Part shown: piece after piece, positions 18,330 to 26,259 of the stretch
How positions within the stretch are numbered: position 1 is the first letter of the stretch
Layout: every line of letters starts with the position of its first letter
NCBI GenBank assembly: GCA_037441385.1
Contig: JBBISH010000075.1
Span: 1-32,855 of the forward strand
Direction: 5' to 3'
DNA from: Myxococcales bacterium
GTDB lineage: Bacteria > Myxococcota_A > UBA9042
DNA: 32,855 nt
Program-made: the position numbers and the translations under genes
The notes under the pieces: model-generated
The model's input: the letters and a program-made list of their open reading frames with translations, nothing else
Told to the model about the DNA's origin: nothing
Databases searched by the model: none

Positions 18330-19397
18330 TCAGCGGTGAACCCGCGCTCGCCACAGGTGCAGCAGGATGTGGAGCACCAGGCCGGCCATGATGAGCGGAA
18401 TGAGCACCCGATACCCCCACTGAATCAGCACCACCAGGGGTGCCGTGGCCAGGGTCGGCGGCTCGTGCGACAACCACGCGTCCGCAAAGGCGGGCGGTGC
18501 GTCCTTGTGGCACTTGCGGCAGGTGACGATGACCTCGCTCTGCAGCGTGCCATTCTTCTTGGCGGCGCGGAACGAGCGGATGTCGTGGACGCCGTGGCAG
18601 TCGCTGCAGGTCGCGATCGGTTTGCCGGGCGTGCCGGCGCCCTGGGCATAGCGCTCGTTGCTGCGGCCGTGGAAGTCGTCCAGGTAGGTCTCGACCACTT
18701 TGGTGGAGAGCCCGGTGCCGGCCATCTTCTCCGCGTCGGCGTGGCACTTGCTGCAGATGTCCCACGAGCGGGTGTGGAAGGCGGCCTTGCGCGGATCCAA
18801 GATGGCGTGCGCGCCGTGGCAGTCCACGCACATCGGCACGTTCGCCGAGGCCTTGCCCCACGCCTCGCCGTGCACGGACAGGGCGTATTGCGCGGCAATC
18901 TTGGCGTGGCACGCGCCGCAGCGCAGCGTCACGGCTTGCCGGTCCGCCTTGTCGGTCTCGTTGTGGAGGCCGTGGCAGTCCGTGCAAGTCGGCGCCTTCT
19001 GGTTGCCCTTGGCGAGTTCCTTAGCGTGAATGCTGTCTTGCGCCTTGGTGTGGTAGGCGTAGTGGCAGCGCTTGCAGGATTGGGCGCGGTCTAGCTGGTA
19101 GGCGCGCTTGGTCGGGAAGTTCACGGCCGGGTGCGGGTAGTCCTTGATGGCCGCGTGGCAGTCCTTGCAGCGGACCTCGGCGGCGTGGCCGCTCTTCTTC
19201 CACGCGTCGGCCGAGATGCCAACCGTCAGCGTCGCGCCATCGGCAAAGTGGATCGCGCTCTCTTCGCCGTCGTGGCAGTCCAGGCAGGCCGAGTTGCTGT
19301 CTTCGATGTCGCCCGCCACCGCTGCGGACGACCACAGCAGGCCCGCCGCAGCGCAGATGGCGATGGATCTTGGGATTTTGCAAAGGGGGCTGTTCAT
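18330..19397 (-). CDS. Nine-heme periplasmic cytochrome c with C-terminal membrane anchor
   Basis: GAGGAGGAG SD before ATG 19397; signal peptide; CLDCH, CKDCH, CKRCH, CTDCH, CGACH, CVDCH, CSKCH, CSDCH, CRKCH; C-terminal TM helix. Confidence 0.93.
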   Translation of the reverse strand: MNSPLCKIPRSIAICAAAGLLWSSAAVAGDIEDSNSACLDCHDGEESAIHFADGATLTVGISADAWKKSGHAAEVRCKDCHAAIKDYPHPAVNFPTKRAYQLDRAQSCKRCHYAYHTKAQDSIHAKELAKGNQKAPTCTDCHGLHNETDKADRQAVTLRCGACHAKIAAQYALSVHGEAWGKASANVPMCVDCHGAHAILDPRKAAFHTRSWDICSKCHADAEKMAGTGLSTKVVETYLDDFHGRSNERYAQGAGTPGKPIATCSDCHGVHDIRSFRAAKKNGTLQSEVIVTCRKCHKDAPPAFADAWLSHEPPTLATAPLVVLIQWGYRVLIPLIMAGLVLHILLHLWRARVHR

Positions 19398-19443
19398 GGC
19401 TCCTCCTCGTTGGCCCACCCCACGCGGGCAGAGGCGGAAGCGC

Positions 19444-19875
19444 TTACGACTGCTGGGTCTTGTTGGCCTCGTCGGCGCGCGCTTTCTCGACCTCGCCGTG
19501 CAAATCCTTCAGCTCGGCCGGTACCGCGGTCTCGCCGGGCTTCTTGGGGCTCTTGGTCAGGTACGACATGACCGGCTGCCAGCGCGGGCTGGCCAGGAAC
19601 GCGTGCTCCTGCACGGTCTCGCCCACGGCGGTGGCGGCGATGCGGGCCAGCGCGACGACGGCGCCCAGCAGGACGAGCACCGGGAAGGCCATCACGAAGA
19701 TGCCGCCCAGGACCGGCGCAGCGGCGAGCGCGAGCGGAGTGGGCACGCGGCGGTAGGTCGCGCCCGGCAGGCCGTCCAGGGCCTCGCCCTCGGCGCCCAC
19801 GAAGCGAACGTCCAGCGGCTTGGTCGAGGTGTAAAGGCCATAGCGAGCAGCTTGCAGAGTCTTGTAGGTCTTCAT
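19444..19875 (-). CDS. Small membrane protein, first gene of the cytochrome operon
   Basis: AGGAGG SD; hydrophobic hairpin VPTPLALAAAPVLGGIFVMAFPVLVLLGAVVAL; charged tail. Confidence 0.8.
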   Translation of the reverse strand: MKTYKTLQAARYGLYTSTKPLDVRFVGAEGEALDGLPGATYRRVPTPLALAAAPVLGGIFVMAFPVLVLLGAVVALARIAATAVGETVQEHAFLASPRWQPVMSYLTKSPKKPGETAVPAELKDLHGEVEKARADEANKTQQS

Positions 19876-20031
19876 GGCGTCCTCCTAGCATTTGTGGCGG
19901 GCGATGCGGAAGGGCTTCCTTTTCCTTCCCTCGTCCCGCCGCCCAACATCAAGGTACTCCCTGCGGCCGTGCGCACTATCGGGACGATCGCCCAAGCGGC
20001 GTCGGGAAAAGTGCCTAGGAGCCTGTCGGCA

Positions 20032-20057
20032 AAATGGACGACACTACATGTCCATTT
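20032..20057. promoter_or_regulatory. Inverted repeat AAATGGAC-N10-GTCCATTT, candidate operator for the cytochrome operon
   Basis: Perfect 8-bp arms next to an AT-rich tract (20051-20080), ~160 nt upstream of ATG 19875. Confidence 0.45.
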
Positions 20058-20183
20058 AGTTATACATTATGATCTTATTGGGTGCCGCCAGTCTCCTAGC
20101 CTTTTTCGTTTGTCCAACTGGCCGAAAATCGCCCGAAGTGAATTCGTGCGATTTCAGACAGTTGCCGCCGCGCAAGACGCGGC

Positions 20184-20198
20184 GCTAGGATTGTGCCG
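20184..20198 (-). promoter_or_regulatory. Possible sigma54 promoter CGGCACAATCCTAGC facing the cytochrome operon
   Basis: GG-N10-GC spacing with GGCAC, but ~310 nt from the first start codon. Confidence 0.3.
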
Positions 20199-20300
20199 GG
20201 ATTATCCCGACACGCTCCTAGTACGCCGACGCCGCCGCCCGAGAGCCTGAGCCGGCAGCCGATGACACGAGCTGAGCACTTTTACCCTAAAGGTTCATGC

Positions 20301-20325
20301 ACATGACACACGGGCGCATGGTGTC
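20301..20325 (-). repeat. Intergenic repeat site E, ACATGACACACGGGCGCATGGTGTC on the + strand
   Basis: GACAC-N11-GTGTC dyad as in site B; followed by GG as in B. Confidence 0.7.
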
Positions 20326-20481
20326 GGCGGGTCAACGCGACCGTCCAGTGGCGGACCGAGAGTGTGCGCCGCACCGCGCAGGCCATTGGCCCCAGGGACC
20401 CGGCGCAGCAATGCCGGACCCTGGACGTGTCGATGGTCTGTGCTTGCGCAGTCAGACATCAATTTTCGCTTGATACTCAGC

Positions 20482-20520
20482 CACATGACACAAGCACGTG
20501 ACACAAGGGTGCGATGGGCC
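20482..20520 (-). repeat. Intergenic repeat site F with duplicated arm: CACATGACACAAG-CACGTGACACAAG-GGTGCGATGGGCC on the + strand
   Basis: 13-bp tandem duplication (1 mismatch) of the conserved arm, then a GGGTGCG spacer; ends 10 nt from the aceA stop. Confidence 0.7.
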
Positions 20521-20530
20521 GGAGCGGAAC

Positions 20531-22801
20531 TTACTGCTTGGCGATGAGCGCCTGCAGCGGACCGCGGTCAGTGCCAATCACGCTGCGGACCCACTCGGCG
20601 GCGACGTCAGCGACGATGATGGCGCCGACCTCGGTGTGGACATTGGTGTAGATGCCAACGTCCTTCATCCGCACCGTCTGCCGCTGGTTGTCCTCAGTGG
20701 GCGAGACAAAATGCACCGAGCTGATCTTGTAGCGGTAGACGAGGAACAGGTGGGCGAGCGTCATCAGGCGCTTCTTGCGCAGCGCCGGGTCAAAGTTGTT
20801 CTGGTCGCGTACCGACAGGATGTGGTGGCCGCGCCGATCGACGATGTTCGCGAAGATGACGTTGAGGGCCTTCTTGCCGTCGGCGCCCAGGATCGCCAGC
20901 TCCAGCAGCTCCGAGCCCGCGGAGTGGGGCCGCAGCTGCACCTTGAGCGTGCCCTCGATGCCGTGGTGCGCGGCCCACAACGCCAGCCATTCTTCCAGGA
21001 CCTTTGGCGGAACTTCGGTCTGGACCAGATGCTGGAACTGGGTGGAACCCTTGCCCATCGCCTTGGTGGTCGACGTCCGGCCCGACAGCGACATCAGCGC
21101 TTCGTCGGCGCGCGGCCCGCCCACCAGGGTCTGCGGCGTGCGGTACGGCGACTCGACCAGGCGGAACTTCCGCTGCAGCCGCGCCAGCGCGAGCATGCCG
21201 TCCTGCTTCAGGGCCGCGGCGAATTCCTCGGCCGCCAAGCCGTCGATCTGGTGCCCGCCGTAGGTGATGAAGTTGAACACGAACCCCATCTTGCCCAGCT
21301 CCGCCGGGAACTGGCGCATCTGGTCGTCCGTCATCCCGGTCGTGTCCCAGTTGAACGAAGGCGACAGGTTGTAAGCCAGCATCTTGGTGGGGAACTTGGC
21401 GTGGATCGCGTCCGCAAAGCGCTTCGCATCGTGCAGGTCCGCCGTCTTGGTCTCCATCCACAGGATGTCCGCATAGGGCGCCACAGCCAGCGACTTGGCG
21501 ATCGCGTAGTCGATGCCGCCGCGAATCTGGTAGTAGCCGTCTGGGGTTTTGGCGTGTTCGCAGTCCCACGTCACGCTCGCGCCCAGCTCGGCGGCGCGCC
21601 GGCTCGCTTCGTAGAAACCGACGTGCTCGGCAAAGTCCAACCACTCTTGGCGGCTCACGTTCTTCAGCCGCCCTTCGCTGTGGGCCGAGTCGATCTGATC
21701 CGCCACCGCTTCGGCGTAGGTCTTGATGCCCGCCGCCTCTTGCCACACGTCGACGAACTTGTTGAAAGCACCGTCAAAAGCCACGTCAACATTGAAGATT
21801 TTACGGTCCAGGTAGTCCTTGGCCTGCTTGTCGACCAGTGCCAGCAGCCCCTCGCTGTCCAGCCACGCCTCGGCCTCGGCGTACTCCGCGGCGCAAGTGG
21901 CATAGATGCGGTGCCCGCTCAGTTCGGTGATGCCGTGCCCGTAGAACCGCTTGAGAATCGACAGGAAGCCGGCCTTGAAGGTCGGCACGTCCACGTTCGT
22001 CGCCCCCAAGATGAACGGCTGATCGCGCTCGTCGCCGCGGCCGTCGAGCAAGGTCGCACTCTCGGCGTCGGTGCGGGCCACGATGATGCCGGACACGCCC
22101 ATGATATCCAGCTGGAAGCGCGCCGACGAAAGCCGTTTGATCTGCTCATCTTCCGCGACCAACACCTTGCCGCCTTGGTGGCCACACTTCTTGACGCCCG
22201 GCTTCTGGTCCTCGATGTGGTAGCCCGGAACACCCACTTCCACAAAGCGGCGAATCAGGTTGCGAACATGTGCGTCACCGCCGTGGCCCGTGTCGGCGTC
22301 GGCAATGATGAATGGCCGGAAATCGACTTCTGCAACACCCTTGCGCACTTCCGCGGTCTGACGGGCCCGCGTGTGGGCCTGATTCTTGTCCGCGGTCAGC
22401 AGGGCCCGCACCACCATCGCCGCCTCGTCCGGCACGCGCGACAGCGGATAGCTGGCCAGGTCCGGCCCCGGATCCTCGTCGACAAAGCCCTTGGCGCTCG
22501 TGGCCCAACCGCCAATGTAGATGCCCTCGATGCCGGCGCGCTTGGCCGCCACCGCCTGACCGGGCGAGTACGGGCCAAACGTCGTGATGGCCTCGCCAGC
22601 ACGGAACAGCTCGCGCAGACGGGCATAAAAGCCCTCTGCCGCCGTGCGGGCCACCGTGTAGTCCGTGGGGATCGTACCGCGCTGCTCCGCGATCTCGCGG
22701 GCGCTGTGGAGCCGCACGACATCGGAAAACCGTTCGGAATCAAACCACTCCTGCACACCCCTGACCTTATCGGTCTGGACCTTTTCTCCAACGCTTCCCA
22801 T
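20531..22801 (-). CDS. aceA: Isocitrate lyase, long ICL2-type with C-terminal regulatory domain
   Basis: [56 protein letters not shown]-terminal [27 protein letters not shown] domain as in mycobacterial ICL2; 756 aa from ATG 22801. Confidence 0.95.
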   Translation of the reverse strand: MGSVGEKVQTDKVRGVQEWFDSERFSDVVRLHSAREIAEQRGTIPTDYTVARTAAEGFYARLRELFRAGEAITTFGPYSPGQAVAAKRAGIEGIYIGGWATSAKGFVDEDPGPDLASYPLSRVPDEAAMVVRALLTADKNQAHTRARQTAEVRKGVAEVDFRPFIIADADTGHGGDAHVRNLIRRFVEVGVPGYHIEDQKPGVKKCGHQGGKVLVAEDEQIKRLSSARFQLDIMGVSGIIVARTDAESATLLDGRGDERDQPFILGATNVDVPTFKAGFLSILKRFYGHGITELSGHRIYATCAAEYAEAEAWLDSEGLLALVDKQAKDYLDRKIFNVDVAFDGAFNKFVDVWQEAAGIKTYAEAVADQIDSAHSEGRLKNVSRQEWLDFAEHVGFYEASRRAAELGASVTWDCEHAKTPDGYYQIRGGIDYAIAKSLAVAPYADILWMETKTADLHDAKRFADAIHAKFPTKMLAYNLSPSFNWDTTGMTDDQMRQFPAELGKMGFVFNFITYGGHQIDGLAAEEFAAALKQDGMLALARLQRKFRLVESPYRTPQTLVGGPRADEALMSLSGRTSTTKAMGKGSTQFQHLVQTEVPPKVLEEWLALWAAHHGIEGTLKVQLRPHSAGSELLELAILGADGKKALNVIFANIVDRRGHHILSVRDQNNFDPALRKKRLMTLAHLFLVYRYKISSVHFVSPTEDNQRQTVRMKDVGIYTNVHTEVGAIIVADVAAEWVRSVIGTDRGPLQALIAKQ

Positions 22802-22832
22802 AGCATCCCCCAGTGGCCCTTGGCCGCGCACC

Positions 22833-22868
22833 AAGATGCCTGCTGCGACACGCTGCGTCAATTGACGC
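22833..22868 (-). promoter_or_regulatory. Candidate aceA promoter (TTGACG-N17-CATCTT) with a perfect 14-bp palindrome GCGTCAATTGACGC over the -35
   Basis: -35 at 22856-22861, -10 at 22833-22838, palindrome at 22855-22868. Confidence 0.45.
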
Positions 22869-22921
22869 GCCCCGTAACATGTCATGATCAGGCAATTCCC
22901 GTGCGTTGCGCCCGTGTTCCG

Positions 22922-23791
22922 CTACGCGGGCTTCCGGCCGGCCGCCAGCACCGCACCAAACTGGACAACGGCGATGCCAGCCAGCACGGACAGGGCCCCC
23001 AGGCCCTGGCGGAGCGACGGCGACTCACCGAACAAAAGCGCGCCCCACGCCAGCGTACCCACCGGCTGCATCAGCAGAATCGTGCTCCCCTCGATGGCCG
23101 GCAGCCGCGGCAGCGCCGTGGACAGCGCCATCCAGCCGCCCACTTGTACAACCAGCGCCACCGCCACCAGCCAGCCGTGGGCCGGCCACGTCGGCACCAG
23201 CGAAAACCCGGGGTCGATCGTCAGGCCAGCCAGCAGTGCCGTCAGCGCGATCCCCGCCGTCGAGTCGCGCAACTGCCCTACCGGCAACGTATCGCCGCGG
23301 CAGGCCCGCCGGTGCACCAACAGGTAGGCCGAATACGCCAGCGCACCCAGCAAGCCAAACAGCGCCCCCACCAGCGGATTGGCGCCATAGGCCGCCCGGT
23401 CACCCAGACCCGCGCACAGGGCCACCCCGCCCAGCAGCAGCGGCAGCGCCAGCGCCATCCGCAGCGGCGGCCGCTCGCGGTACAGCAGCCACGAAGCCAG
23501 CGTGACCCAAGCAATCTGGGTGTTCACCATCACCGTGGCCAAGCCGGCGCCGATGCGCTCGATGGCCGCGTGCCAACTCACCAGATCGACACCAAACAAT
23601 AGCCCGCCCACCAAGGCCATCCAACGGATCCGCGGCGGCAGCGAGCGGCGCCGGGCCAGCCAAAACAGCACAGGCAGCGAATACAACGCGCGAAAGAACG
23701 CTCCCGTCGCCGGAGCCACGGCCGAGAGCCGGAAAAAGATCGCGGCAAGCGACAGGCCAAGGACGCCCAGCAGCGCGAGCAAGTGGTTCAA
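22922..23791 (-). CDS. EamA/DMT family transporter
   Basis: About 10 hydrophobic helices in two repeats; GAGLATVMVNTQ, LYRERP, LLMQPV, LLFGESPS; GAGGT SD before TTG 23791. Confidence 0.9.
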   Translation of the reverse strand: MNHLLALLGVLGLSLAAIFFRLSAVAPATGAFFRALYSLPVLFWLARRRSLPPRIRWMALVGGLLFGVDLVSWHAAIERIGAGLATVMVNTQIAWVTLASWLLYRERPPLRMALALPLLLGGVALCAGLGDRAAYGANPLVGALFGLLGALAYSAYLLVHRRACRGDTLPVGQLRDSTAGIALTALLAGLTIDPGFSLVPTWPAHGWLVAVALVVQVGGWMALSTALPRLPAIEGSTILLMQPVGTLAWGALLFGESPSLRQGLGALSVLAGIAVVQFGAVLAAGRKPA

Positions 23792-23898
23792 GTGGCGGAC
23801 CTCGCGGCGGCAGTATCGCGTTTGGCTGCCGGCCGGCAGTGTGCCGCGCTTCGCCAAAGATTGCATCCTGGCAAGGCCGCATGCGAAGGTACGCCGCC

Positions 23899-25707
23899 AT
23901 GGCAGCGGCTCCGCAAATTCTCATCATCGGTGGCGCCTCGGTCGATAGCCTGCGCGCGGGCGGCCAGCCCTTGGTCACTCCCGGCGGCGGCGCGCTCTAC
24001 ACCGCAGTAGCGGCCAAGAAAGCCGGCGGGGACGTCGGTTTCTTTGGCATGAAGCCCGACCCGCTCCCCGAGCTCTTCCATCTGGCGGCGCGCGAAGCCG
24101 GCTGGGTCGGCCCGCCGTGCCGGCTCGAGGACATCCCCCACTTCGAAATCGTCTACGACGACGACGGTGCCGCGCGCCTAGTCAACGCCGTGTGGGGCTT
24201 GGAAGACCGCCTGGATCCCGCCACCTTGCCCGACGAGCTCTTGGAGGCCGAGTACATCCACCTCGCCGCCGTCCACGATGCGTCCGTGCAGGTCAAGTTC
24301 ATCGAGCGGATTCGCACCCGCTCCAAGGCCAAAATCTCGGCCGGCACCTTTGGTTACATGGTGCATCGCTCGCCCGACGCCGTGCGCGCGCTCATGGACC
24401 TGTGCGACCTCTTCTTCTTGAACGCCTTCGAGGCTGAGACGGTTTTTGGCAGCCAGCACCCGGTGGTCCGCGCCGGCCAGATCCTGGTCGTCACCCGCGG
24501 CGCCGACGGCGCCGATGTCTGGCAGGGCGACCACTGCACCCGCATCCCGGTGTGTCCGTCGCGACCGGTGGACCTGACTGGGGCCGGCGATTCGGTCTGC
24601 GGCGGCATGCTCGCCGGCCTCTCGCAGGGCATGCACCCCGTCTTTGCGGCCCGCCTGGGCGCCGCGCTCGCCTCGATCACCATCGAAGGGCCCGGCATGC
24701 ACTCGCTCCTGGCGGCGGATCCCTCAGAGGTTTCGCAGCGTTGGGCGCCGCTCATCGACAAACGGGTCGCCGTCGACGACGAGCAGGTCGAGGCGGTGGC
24801 GCGGCTCATCCGCGACCTGGACGACGTACGGCCCTTCGATTTTACCGGCCCCTACTTCCCCGATGCCGGCGATCCGCGAACCATCTCGTGGTTCTTTGCC
24901 GCCATCAAGCACCAGTTCGGCTTCTGGATGCCCTACAACGGCAACTGGGCCGCCTCGACCTATGCGTGTTGGAACGGCCAGCAGCTCAAGGGCTCGGACT
25001 ACTGCTTTGCCGCGTGGAAGCGCGTGCTGGACGACCATCCCGAGTACTTGTCGCCCCTGGGCCACGTCTCGGTCCGCTACAACGCCTTCGAGGCGATTTT
25101 CCGCGACGATCTGGGCCGCACGCCGCTGCCGGTGCTCGCCACCCACTACAACCTGGCCATCAACTACGGCCGCGACCTGCACCAGATGGGCTGGACGCCC
25201 GAAACCCTGGTGTCCGAAGCGCAGTTGCAGCCGCGCCCGGTGCGCTGGCTCCTGCAGCAGTTGGACCACCTGCCCGGCTACCGCGAGGACCCGCTGCGCA
25301 AGAAGTCGATGCTGCTGGTGGTGGCGCTGGGGCAGCGACCCGAGAAATTCATCGAGCTTTCCGAGCAGTCCGACGTCGCGCCGATCATCGACTACCACCT
25401 GATGCGTTCGTGCCTGCGGACCGGGCTGGTGCGCATCGACGACCCGGAGTTGGAGCGAATGGTCGCGGCCCGGCGCCTGCTCAGCCCCACCGACGAAAAC
25501 GCCCTGCGCATGCCGTGTTTTGATGCTGTGCGCCAGCTGTCGCGCCGCTCGGGCCGCAGCATCGCCGCCATCGACTGGTTCTTCTTTGGCGCCCGCAAGC
25601 GCTGCCCCGAGGTCGAGGCCCCGGACTGCGCCCGCTGCGCCATCGACCCTGTGTGCGCGCACCGGGTCGGACTGTTCCAACCCGTCTATCGTACTACGTT
25701 TTACTAG
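23899..25707 (+). CDS. Fusion: PfkB/ribokinase-family kinase + Qng1/DUF2419 (queuosine salvage)-like glycosylase domain + C-terminal 4-Cys Fe-S motif
   Basis: N-terminal half (firm): PGGGALYTAVAA, FLNAFEA, VVTRGADG, VDLTGAGDS. C-terminal half (tentative family call): QFGFW, DPLRKKSML, PIIDYHLMRSCLRTGLV, ENALR, IDWFFF, then C-X7-C-X2-C-X5-C. AAGGT SD before ATG 23899. Confidence 0.75.
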   Translation: MAAAPQILIIGGASVDSLRAGGQPLVTPGGGALYTAVAAKKAGGDVGFFGMKPDPLPELFHLAAREAGWVGPPCRLEDIPHFEIVYDDDGAARLVNAVWGLEDRLDPATLPDELLEAEYIHLAAVHDASVQVKFIERIRTRSKAKISAGTFGYMVHRSPDAVRALMDLCDLFFLNAFEAETVFGSQHPVVRAGQILVVTRGADGADVWQGDHCTRIPVCPSRPVDLTGAGDSVCGGMLAGLSQGMHPVFAARLGAALASITIEGPGMHSLLAADPSEVSQRWAPLIDKRVAVDDEQVEAVARLIRDLDDVRPFDFTGPYFPDAGDPRTISWFFAAIKHQFGFWMPYNGNWAASTYACWNGQQLKGSDYCFAAWKRVLDDHPEYLSPLGHVSVRYNAFEAIFRDDLGRTPLPVLATHYNLAINYGRDLHQMGWTPETLVSEAQLQPRPVRWLLQQLDHLPGYREDPLRKKSMLLVVALGQRPEKFIELSEQSDVAPIIDYHLMRSCLRTGLVRIDDPELERMVAARRLLSPTDENALRMPCFDAVRQLSRRSGRSIAAIDWFFFGARKRCPEVEAPDCARCAIDPVCAHRVGLFQPVYRTTFY

Positions 25708-25779
25708 CACGGCTGGCCAACGCGCCGGGGCTGCCCTACCCTGTAGCGGCAGTGCGGCCCAGTCCGCAGCGTGGGAACC

Positions 25780-26253
25780 ATGGCACACAGCCCCAGCGCG
25801 AGCGCAAGCGGCGAGATCCGCATCATCGCGCAGAACAAGAAGGTCGCCCACGACCTGGCCATCGAGCGGCACATCGAGGCCGGGATCGTGCTGGTCGGCA
25901 GCGAAGTCAAGAGCATCCGCGGCGGCCGGGTGGTGCTGACTGGCGCGCACGTCCGCATCGTGGGCGGCGAAGCGATCGTCTTTGGCCTGACCATCCACGA
26001 GTACGTGTTTGCCCACCAGTTCACCCACGAGGCCACCGCCCAGCGCAAGCTGCTGCTGCACCGCCACGAGATCGCCAAGCTGCAGCGCGACTTGGAGCAG
26101 AAGGGCTGCACCGCCGTAATCGCCCGCATCTACTGGCGGGGCGCCAGGGTCAAGCTCGACATCGCCATCGGCAGCGGCAAGAAGCTCCACGACAAGCGCC
26201 AGACCATCAAAGAAGCCGACGCCCGCCGCGACGTGCAGCGAGCCAAGCGGTAG
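25780..26253 (+). CDS. smpB: SsrA-binding protein
   Basis: IAQNKK, EAGIVLVGSEVKSIR, RKLLLHRHEI, GKKLHDKRQTIKE. Confidence 0.96.
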   Translation: MAHSPSASASGEIRIIAQNKKVAHDLAIERHIEAGIVLVGSEVKSIRGGRVVLTGAHVRIVGGEAIVFGLTIHEYVFAHQFTHEATAQRKLLLHRHEIAKLQRDLEQKGCTAVIARIYWRGARVKLDIAIGSGKKLHDKRQTIKEADARRDVQRAKR

Positions 26254-26259
26254 CCGACC

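Noticed and set aside
20050..20077. CATAATGTATA (minus strand, 20061-20071), identical to the centre of E. coli dif
   Set aside because: Flanks do not give a XerD arm (ACTAAATGGAC versus TTATGTTAAAT); treated as AT-rich promoter DNA.
9521..20520. Repeat sites as IS/MITE terminal inverted repeats or integron attC sites
   Set aside because: No transposase or integrase in the window, no direct target duplications, and no GTTRRRY/RYYYAAC cores or long attC hairpins.
20498..23602. 1034-aa plus-strand ORF
   Set aside because: Antisense shadow of aceA and the EamA gene; no motifs; typical of high-GC DNA.
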